DNA of 64,000 nt from Kiritimatiellia bacterium (GTDB lineage Bacteria; Verrucomicrobiota; Kiritimatiellia; RFP12; JBMNHG01), in NCBI GenBank assembly GCA_050950285.1, contig JBMNHG010000002.1:248296-312295 (forward strand). Direction: 5' to 3'. A program made the translations under genes and the position numbers. The stretch's first letter is position 1; each line of letters opens with the position of its first letter. This document shows positions 32,680-39,800 of this stretch, one piece after another. The notes below the pieces were generated by a model. The model saw only the letters and a program-made list of their open reading frames with translations, was not told the origin of the DNA and did not search any database.

Positions 32680-32925
32680 CTAGGGATAGTCCGAAGAAAC
32701 CAGCGTAAGCGTGCGGTCTGCCTGCAAGCGCAACGCGTACAGGAAGAGCGCCATCACCGCCACGACGGCCAGCAGGGACGCCGCGACGATCAGGTACTCG
32801 ATCATGGCCTGCCCGGAACGCCCGCGTTTCCTGCGGGGCGACCACGGCCAGGCCGCCACATGCCGAATCACTTTCAGCAACATGCCATCACTGTACCCCA
32901 AGCGGGGCGGAAATGCAATTGCCAA
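32680..32925 (-). CDS. flp: Flp-family pilin, second copy
   Basis: ..RKRGRSGQAMIEYLIVAASLLAVVAVMALFLYA. The true start may be the internal Met (MLLKV, ~32883). Confidence 0.65.
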   Translation of the reverse strand: MAIAFPPRLGYSDGMLLKVIRHVAAWPWSPRRKRGRSGQAMIEYLIVAASLLAVVAVMALFLYALRLQADRTLTLVSSDYP

Positions 32926-32975
32926 ACGTTTCGTCCGGGGACTCCGCGACCGACACCGCCGCGGGATTCCCCGGA

Positions 32976-34964
32976 TCAGGATGCATGGAAGGTGCGGGCG
33001 CGGATCTTGGCGCGGACTTCATCGTCGAGGCGATGGTAGTATTCGGCGTAGCCGCCCACGCGCACGATGAGGTTCCGGTGGCCGTCGAGGTTCTTCTCCG
33101 CCTCTTCCAGCATGTCGCGCGACAGGCAGGTGATTTGCACCTGCATGCCCCCAAGCGAGAAGAACCCTTCGATGAGCGCCCGCAACGCGGGTTTCCCGAA
33201 GCCCGGCTGGAGGGTGAGGTTCAGCACGGGAATCCCGAGGGCGGCGGGGAGGTCCATCGCCGCCACGCTCTTCAGCAGCGCCGTCGGCCCGAGAGTGTCT
33301 TTCCCGTAGATCGCGCAAAGGGAATCGGCGAGCGCCTCCCCCGCCGCACGACCGTCCGGCGTGGCGCCCACGTAGCGGCCGCCCTGGCCGTAGGAGACGA
33401 AGAGGATCGACGCAGGCAGGAATCCAAGGCCGAAATGGGGTTTGCGGTTCCGAAGAAAGCCGAATATCTCGCGGGTGAAATCCCCGGCCAGCGCGTCGGC
33501 TTGCGGATGATTGATGCCGTGGCGCACGGGACAGGCCTTCATGCGGCGCAGGAAATCGGGATCGGAGGCCGCGAGTTTCGCGAGGAAGTCCTCTTTGGTG
33601 TAGTCTTGCCTCCGGTAGACGTGCTCCCGAAGCGCCAGCAGCGAGTCGACGGCGTTCACGATGCCGGCGAAACTGACGAGGCTCCAGGCGTAGCGGGCGC
33701 CGCCGTCGTTGAAGTCGCGTTCGTTGGCGATGCAGTCGTCCACGAGCAGCGTACGCATCGGGAGCGGGTTCCAGCGGGCGCGCTCGGCCTGCGAATTCGC
33801 GATTTCGCGCGTTACCGTGTCCACGGCGCCGGCGATGTCCGCCAGGTACGCGCGGTAGAAGTCGTCGAAGGTGGCGCATTCGGCCAGGCGGGCCTGGAGG
33901 GCCTTTTCGAAGAGGAAGGGCAGGTTGATGCCGGCATCGAGCGAGCCCACGTTCGAAAGCCCGGCGAGCATCGTCTCGGTGCAGCCGCCGCCGCAGAACC
34001 GCGACACGTCTTCGCGGCGGATTTCGGGGAAGCGGGCGAGGAGGCCGTCCACGATTCGCCGGCGGTTGTAGAACGAGGGCTGGGCCCCGCCGGCGAGGAT
34101 GCAGTCGAGCGCCTCGTCCCAGATTTCGTCGGAGGTGTCGTCGCCCACGAGCAGCTCGATCATCGGACGGCGAAGGCCCCGGACGGCGCGCAGGCAGGGA
34201 AGGACGAGCGGGTTGGGGGTCATCCCCACGGCCATCGAATAGGCGTCCGTGGCATCGACGATCTTGAACCATTCGCGGAGAACCGGCGTGGGGTCGCCGT
34301 CGCGTTCCGCGTCGTAGTAAGGGGCCAGGCCGTCGGCGAGGCATCCTTCGTTGTCGCAGCCGTCGAGGAAGAAGACGAAGTTCCAGCAAACCATGGCCTC
34401 GTAGAAATCGCGTGCCGGGGCGAAGGGGACGCGTTCGAGGGCCGCGACAAGGCGGGGAGCGGCGTTTTCGGAGCGGAGCTTGGCCAGAAGGCGCCCATGC
34501 CAGGCGCGGATGCCGGCCAGCAGGTCGAGAAGGCCGTCCCGCAGGCCGTCGTCTTCCATGGCCTTGACGCGCGCTTCGTAGCCGTCGAGCCCTTCGGCGA
34601 GCACCCGCTCGTAGTTCGGCGTGGAGTGGGTGTACATGTTGCCCGCGACGGAATGCTGCCATGGCACGGTGGACTGGTAGCGGAAGAAATCCGATTTCGC
34701 GAAGGTGTCCTTGAGCGCCGGATCGGCGGCTTCGAGACGTTCCCAGTCGACCGCGATCTGCAGGTACGTCGAACGCACCGCCACGTCGCAGGGAAGCGGC
34801 GAGCAGGGATAGAAGAGGCCGCCGCCATACGGGGGAAGCGGCGTCTGCTCGTAGTATCGGCGGAGGGCCCGGGCCTTGCGCGTGAAGAGGGGGCGCGTTT
34901 CGTCCTCGTAGAGTCCCGCGGCGTAGTATTCGCCGATACGGCGGAATCGTTCGGAAAGAGTCAT
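32976..34964 (-). CDS. Glycyl radical enzyme (PFL-like superfamily, GCxE-type active site)
   Basis: C-terminal glycine-radical motif RVGGYAEYYHRLDDE. Active-site loop ..RFCGGGCTETMLAG (Cys plus Glu as in eliminase-type GREs). 663 aa from the MTLSERF start, which is short for the family. Confidence 0.8.
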   Translation of the reverse strand: MTLSERFRRIGEYYAAGLYEDETRPLFTRKARALRRYYEQTPLPPYGGGLFYPCSPLPCDVAVRSTYLQIAVDWERLEAADPALKDTFAKSDFFRYQSTVPWQHSVAGNMYTHSTPNYERVLAEGLDGYEARVKAMEDDGLRDGLLDLLAGIRAWHGRLLAKLRSENAAPRLVAALERVPFAPARDFYEAMVCWNFVFFLDGCDNEGCLADGLAPYYDAERDGDPTPVLREWFKIVDATDAYSMAVGMTPNPLVLPCLRAVRGLRRPMIELLVGDDTSDEIWDEALDCILAGGAQPSFYNRRRIVDGLLARFPEIRREDVSRFCGGGCTETMLAGLSNVGSLDAGINLPFLFEKALQARLAECATFDDFYRAYLADIAGAVDTVTREIANSQAERARWNPLPMRTLLVDDCIANERDFNDGGARYAWSLVSFAGIVNAVDSLLALREHVYRRQDYTKEDFLAKLAASDPDFLRRMKACPVRHGINHPQADALAGDFTREIFGFLRNRKPHFGLGFLPASILFVSYGQGGRYVGATPDGRAAGEALADSLCAIYGKDTLGPTALLKSVAAMDLPAALGIPVLNLTLQPGFGKPALRALIEGFFSLGGMQVQITCLSRDMLEEAEKNLDGHRNLIVRVGGYAEYYHRLDDEVRAKIRARTFHAS

Positions 34965-35058
34965 GGCGGAAGAATACCACATTCCCCCGATCGGGCGCAC
35001 CCTCCGATTGGGACACCCGGTTGAACCGGCCGCCCGGCAAACACCTTGCCATTCGTTG

Positions 35059-37698
35059 TCAGTATCGTGGCCTGCCACGGGGAGGTTGACGTGAAGAAGG
35101 CACATCCCAATTGCGGCACTTCCTGCCGTCGGCATCGAAAAAACGGATGCGATGCAGGTTCGTGTCCAGAAACTTCAGCCGGAGGGAAAACCGCCGGCCT
35201 GCGCCGCATTCGCCGCCAATCGCTGGCAATGGGATCCGGACTTTATAGGTTGGCTTCCTGCAAAACTGGTAATCGTTCAGATCCATTCGCGCTGCCAATG
35301 AGGTCATGTCCGACTCTGCAATGCGGGTCCCGTTCAAGTCAAGTACCTCGACACGCGGGAACATGCCTGAAAGTCGAGCTTGCGAAAGCGCATTGTTGAC
35401 GCTGAAGAGCAGTGAACGTGAATCCTCGTCATGTGCAATGTTCCAAACCACCAGTCCGTTCTTGAAATGGAGCGACGGCGTGGCGACCGGATGGAACGAG
35501 GACAAGGAGAAATCCGTTCCGGAAACGGAGCGGAAGCGCAGCCTGTTGGGGATGTGATGGAAGTTGCAGTTGGCAGGGATGGGGCACCGAATGCCATGCC
35601 GCGCGTCCTCGAAGGAAAAAAGGCCAAGCGGGAATCCATCCAAGTCAACCTCGACAAAATCATCCGCAGGTTCATCCCCCGGCGGGCAATCGATCGAGAA
35701 ATCAATGACATTGTACCGACGGAGGATGTCGGGCCTGATGAACCGGAAGATTTCGTTCCGGGACACTTGCGGCGTGATGATCTGGTTGACGATGTAGCGA
35801 TCGTCTTCGACAATCGTCGAAAGATTGTCTTGGGAGAATCTCGTGCCATTCCATGGGGAGTCTGGCGATAGAAACGCCTTGTCGACGACAACCAGTGGGG
35901 TTGGCCAGACCATTTGCAGCAAATCGATGCCTTCGAGCCGGGATTTCTCATCGTCCGCATTGACTTTCGCACATATTTTTCGCGAAAGGTCCGGGAACGT
36001 ACCCTCCCAGGCGAAAACAAAGAAGTTTTTGTTTCGGGCAAGCTGCAGCATTTCACGCGAGGTGATTTCTCGATCGTGCATCGGGAAAACCGCGAGAACA
36101 GGCGGTTCGGGAAGGTTGTCGATATATTGGACCGAGGGCAGTCTGTCGATCGGCTCGAACCGGTGCAGGCCCGCACGGGCGGGGGTATGGGTGTCCGGCA
36201 GGCAGACTGATTCCACCCACACCGAGGCGAAAGCCAAGACAGGAATCGCCAGGGAGGCGAATCCCCGCAACTGCCTGTTGCGGACGCGACGGACAGAATC
36301 GAGCCATGAATCGAGTCCTCGTGCCGCCGCTACGACCATGAACAGCAGGACAAAGAACGAGAATCTCGATACAACGCGGAAGCCCCATAGCGCATGGCAT
36401 TGCCGATAGAGAGTCCAGTATATCCGGTTTTGAGCGACCGTGCCGATCGATCCGACGCAGAAACTGGGGCCAAACGAAAAAACCATGGCAAATAGGGATG
36501 CGCATCCCAGCCCCTTGAAAAAACAATCGTTCATGTCGCATCCGCGAACATCGAAGACAAAGACAAAGGCGACCGCCGCCGCGCACGCAATGTAGACGGA
36601 ACATACGAATGCGTTGATGCCAAAGGGCGTTTCCCCCGCGACATTTGCAGATACGCCTTGAACCAGAAACGCACACAAGGCCACGAGCAGGGTCCACAGG
36701 ATTACGTTCTGGGCCACGAATCGCTTGCCCGATCCGCGAACGGATGCGACGTGTGAACGAATCAACTCCCACGATGCCAGCAGGAAGACCGCGAGGGTGG
36801 GATATGCGCATGCTTCGTTTTGGATCGTCTTGTCGAATGGCGGCCATTTTACCCGATAGGGCGGCACGATATAGCTGGCTGGTTCCAGCACATGCCGTTT
36901 GACTTCCCCGATTTTCCGGACGAGCATGTTGCTGTCAAGGACCCTCGCATAGGGCCAGAGGAAATACCCTGCCAGAAGGATTCCCAGTACGCCTGCAACC
37001 GCGAGCGGGAGCCAGAACTTCCCGAACGATGGAAGTAATTCCTTCCAGGATTTGCGGAACAAGGGAATAACGATGAATGGCAGGAGGAACAACAGGAATA
37101 CCGCATGGTACAGCTCGGACATTGCCTGCAGCCACAGCGACAGGCAGCACGACACCGCATGGCCAATGCTTGGCCGCTTGAAGTAGCGAACCAGAAACAG
37201 CAGGAAGAGCATCACGCCAAAATTCAACTGCATGTTGAATTCGACGATATAGCGCAACTTGTACGGCAGGATCGTAAAGATTGCCGCCAACGTGAAACTC
37301 GCAATGCGCCCGACTCCCAACTCCTTCAGCAGAAGCCACATGCATGTTCCAGACAAGGCCCAGAACACGAGGAAGCAAATATTGTACGAGAGAATTGGGC
37401 CCGCATGGAAGACTCCCGCCAGGAAGGCGGCAAGGAAGGCGGGCGGATAATGCAACCCTTCGAAATAGAATCCCGAAGGATAGGGATAGAACATGTTAGT
37501 ATTGCCGTCAACCGGCAGAAGACGCCCGTGAAGGAGTTCCCGGGCCGTAAAATCCAGGCGCCAGGCATGCAATGGAGGATCCCAGTGGGCAAAGAGGCTG
37601 TCCCTGAAAGTCATGCACCACGGCCACGTCGCAAGGACAATGATGGCCGTCAATTCCAGAGTGACCAGAAGAAAAGGCAATAGGCGTTTCTTCTCCAT
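35059..37698 (-). CDS. 879-aa polytopic membrane protein (possible GT-C-like glycosyltransferase) with large C-terminal soluble domain; low-GC gene
   Basis: More than 12 hydrophobic helices in the first ~500 aa, then a ~370-aa hydrophilic domain. The base composition is clearly AT-richer than the flanks. Confidence 0.5.
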   Translation of the reverse strand: MEKKRLLPFLLVTLELTAIIVLATWPWCMTFRDSLFAHWDPPLHAWRLDFTARELLHGRLLPVDGNTNMFYPYPSGFYFEGLHYPPAFLAAFLAGVFHAGPILSYNICFLVFWALSGTCMWLLLKELGVGRIASFTLAAIFTILPYKLRYIVEFNMQLNFGVMLFLLFLVRYFKRPSIGHAVSCCLSLWLQAMSELYHAVFLLFLLPFIVIPLFRKSWKELLPSFGKFWLPLAVAGVLGILLAGYFLWPYARVLDSNMLVRKIGEVKRHVLEPASYIVPPYRVKWPPFDKTIQNEACAYPTLAVFLLASWELIRSHVASVRGSGKRFVAQNVILWTLLVALCAFLVQGVSANVAGETPFGINAFVCSVYIACAAAVAFVFVFDVRGCDMNDCFFKGLGCASLFAMVFSFGPSFCVGSIGTVAQNRIYWTLYRQCHALWGFRVVSRFSFFVLLFMVVAAARGLDSWLDSVRRVRNRQLRGFASLAIPVLAFASVWVESVCLPDTHTPARAGLHRFEPIDRLPSVQYIDNLPEPPVLAVFPMHDREITSREMLQLARNKNFFVFAWEGTFPDLSRKICAKVNADDEKSRLEGIDLLQMVWPTPLVVVDKAFLSPDSPWNGTRFSQDNLSTIVEDDRYIVNQIITPQVSRNEIFRFIRPDILRRYNVIDFSIDCPPGDEPADDFVEVDLDGFPLGLFSFEDARHGIRCPIPANCNFHHIPNRLRFRSVSGTDFSLSSFHPVATPSLHFKNGLVVWNIAHDEDSRSLLFSVNNALSQARLSGMFPRVEVLDLNGTRIAESDMTSLAARMDLNDYQFCRKPTYKVRIPLPAIGGECGAGRRFSLRLKFLDTNLHRIRFFDADGRKCRNWDVPSSRQPPRGRPRY

Positions 37699-37794
37699 GG
37701 GATTCTCTCCGTCAATTATTCCATACCGGCCATAATTTAGATAATAGGATTACTCTCCGCAAGTCTTTTTGTCGATCGATCGGCCGGCGACACT

Positions 37795-37850
37795 CGGCTG
37801 GCGACAGGGGGCGTCAAGGGTCGGGACGAGCGCCTGCTCGCCCGCTTGCG
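37795..37850. repeat. Second copy of the GC-rich promoter-region element seen at 10497-10570
   Basis: cggctggcgacagggggcgtcaagggtcgggacgagcgcctgctcg shares the 15-mer, the 20-mer and the gagcgcctgctcg block with the 10.5 kb copy, in rearranged orientation. Confidence 0.5.
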
Positions 37851-37958
37851 GCTTGCAGCCCTGAAAGGGCGGGATCGTCCGGGCCTTGGGCCCTTGTGCT
37901 GCGACGGGACGGGAGCATGGGCGTCCCCGCCCCCGCATCCCTGCTCGCGCCAAAGGGT

Positions 37959-37967
37959 GTGGTGAGG
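37959..37967. repeat. Target-site duplication (left), GTGGTGAGG
   Basis: An identical 9-mer directly abuts both inverted-repeat termini. Confidence 0.7.
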
Positions 37968-37992
37968 GGGCGCATCTCCGTTTTGCTACCGG

Positions 37993-39249
37993 CTACGCTG
38001 GGACTGCTGCCTGGGCGCAGCAGTGGTGGAGCTCCCCGTTGACGTACCATATGTACGCCTTCAGGAATGACTCGAGCCCGACTGCGGACCAGAACTGGCC
38101 GCACCGCTTGAAGCGGTTCTGCAACTGCGAACAAAGCGATTCGACCGCGCCGCTTCCGATGGGGCGCCCCAGCCTGCGCTGCCTGAGGTAGTCCATGTGG
38201 TCCTTGTGCTTCATGAAATATTCCGTCTCGCGTTGCACGGCCTTCGCGTCCCAGCATCCATCGCCTTCGTGCGCCTTGAGGATATCGAGTAGCGTCTTCC
38301 CCCCGTACCGCTTGAGCTTCCTGCAACGCTCCGAAAGCCATGCCTTTCGCGCGGGCTCGTCGTCCGGGAAGAGCGCCGCGGCGAGCGCGCCGAGATGCTC
38401 GGTGGCGTGGTAGTAGTCCAGCGTCCCTTCGGCGATGGTGGCGAACCTGTCCTCGAAGATGTTCCAGAGGTAGGTGCCGCCGTCCATGACGATGTAGACG
38501 AACTTCGCCTGCATCATCCCCATCCGCCGCGCCTCGAATTCGACCTTCCGGCCGAAGTCGACCGGATCCGTGCCGGCCGGCATGCAGACTGCGTGCTTGG
38601 TGACAAGCACGCGCCTTCCCCCGCTTGTCTCCGCGGCGTGGGCGAGCTTGAAGATTGTCGCCGACTTCATCTCGCGCCATTCCACGCGCTCGGCGGCTCT
38701 TGGGTTGCGCTTCCCCCATCCCGCCCCGCGGTGCCGGGCGAACCAGCCGTCCATCATGATCACCAGCGTGTCCTCGCTCCCCGCCGCCTCCTCGCAGAGC
38801 CGGGGAAGCTTCCCTTCCTCGCAGCGCCCGGCGATGTCCCTGACGACGTCCATGACCTTGTCGTCGCTGACGGGGCACCCCCATTCCCTGCAGAGCTTCG
38901 AGGCTTTCTCGAACGATCCCGTCTCCATGGCCGTCGCCGCGATCCTCATCTCGAACGCGGGGGAGACGCAGCCGCGCCTGCCGCCGAAAAAGCGCAGGCG
39001 CATCGGCGTCTCGTACCGACCGGACGACCGGCAGAGCCCGTTCTTCACTTTCAGTTCAACCGGCCCGAACCCGGTCGCGACCCTCATGCCGATCGTCCTG
39101 GTCTTGACGAGCGGCTTCCCGTCGCTTCCCTCGGAGGGGGTGCTCTCCGCGAGCCTCTGCAGGTAGTCTTCGTACTCCCTGCGGGCCAGTTCCATGTGTT
39201 TGCGCTGGATTGCCTTTTCGGCTTCGATCAGGTTTTTGCAGGTTTCCAT
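37993..39249 (-). CDS. Transposase, ISKra4-family-like
   Basis: 418 aa with a characteristic ..LDYYHATEHLGA.. region and an RNaseH-like DDE core. Lies inside the IR-bounded element. Confidence 0.7.
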   Translation of the reverse strand: METCKNLIEAEKAIQRKHMELARREYEDYLQRLAESTPSEGSDGKPLVKTRTIGMRVATGFGPVELKVKNGLCRSSGRYETPMRLRFFGGRRGCVSPAFEMRIAATAMETGSFEKASKLCREWGCPVSDDKVMDVVRDIAGRCEEGKLPRLCEEAAGSEDTLVIMMDGWFARHRGAGWGKRNPRAAERVEWREMKSATIFKLAHAAETSGGRRVLVTKHAVCMPAGTDPVDFGRKVEFEARRMGMMQAKFVYIVMDGGTYLWNIFEDRFATIAEGTLDYYHATEHLGALAAALFPDDEPARKAWLSERCRKLKRYGGKTLLDILKAHEGDGCWDAKAVQRETEYFMKHKDHMDYLRQRRLGRPIGSGAVESLCSQLQNRFKRCGQFWSAVGLESFLKAYIWYVNGELHHCCAQAAVPA

Positions 39250-39259
39250 TGTCTTTCCT

Positions 39260-39315
39260 TCCTTTCGCGCTTGATACTATAGCATTCGAATGCTATAGCA
39301 TCAAGCGCGAAAGGA
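39260..39315. repeat. 56-bp near-perfect palindrome between transposase and accessory ORF
   Basis: tcctttcgcgcttgatactatagcattc|gaatgctatagcatcaagcgcgaaagga, with a single mismatch (a39276/c39299). The right arm contains the AAGGAG Shine-Dalgarno (39311-39316) of the accessory ORF. Confidence 0.7.
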
Positions 39316-39323
39316 GAAACCAG

Positions 39324-39620
39324 ATGGAAAAAGACACCTCAGGCGATGAAGAGAAGATTCGTGCCATCAAAGAGCAGATCGTGGCTCTCGGGCCCATGCG
39401 CCCCGGACGGCTCAGCGTGCAATACCAAAAGCCCAAGGAGAAGGCCGGGCCGTTCTACCAGATCAGCTACACGATCCAGAAGCGAAGCCGCTCGGACTAT
39501 GTACGCGAAGCCGATCTGGAACGTGTGAAGGCAGAACTCGAAAACTACCAGACGTTCAAGCGCCTTTGCGAAGAACTGGTTCTGGCCTCGCTGGCACTGG
39601 CAAAGTCGCGACAACGCTAG
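39324..39620 (+). CDS. IS-borne accessory ORF (99 aa), unknown function
   Basis: Good SD 8 nt upstream. Charged, coiled-coil-like protein (MEKDTSGDEEKIRAIKEQIVALGP...). Inside the IS boundaries. Confidence 0.45.
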   Translation: MEKDTSGDEEKIRAIKEQIVALGPMRPGRLSVQYQKPKEKAGPFYQISYTIQKRSRSDYVREADLERVKAELENYQTFKRLCEELVLASLALAKSRQR

Positions 39621-39683
39621 CCCCTCAAAACCTGCCCCAGTCTTCCCGATGGACGAGGTGGGGAGCAAAACGGAGATGCGCCC

Positions 39684-39692
39684 GTGGTGAGG
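39684..39692. repeat. Target-site duplication (right), GTGGTGAGG
   Basis: Identical to the 9-mer at 37959-37967. Confidence 0.7.
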
Positions 39693-39800
39693 TTTTGTGC
39701 TTGACGCCTTTCCACCTCCTTCGCATCATGGCGGCATGGATGGGGGTCGGCTCGTCCCGCCGCCCCCCGGCATGCGGCAACGGTCTTTGCGGGAGTCTCC

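Larger units (their letters stand above)
37968..39683. mobile_element. ISKra4-family-like insertion sequence, 1716 bp, intact
   Basis: Perfect 20-bp terminal inverted repeats: gggcgcatctccgttttgct at 37968-37987 and its reverse complement at 39664-39683. Flanked by a 9-bp direct repeat. Carries a 418-aa transposase and a divergent 99-aa ORF. Confidence 0.75.

Noticed and set aside
30197-32925. Calling this a complete Tad/Flp pilus locus
   Set aside because: Only pilin and pseudopilin genes are present. No ATPase, platform, secretin or prepilin peptidase genes occur in the window, so only the subunit genes are annotated.
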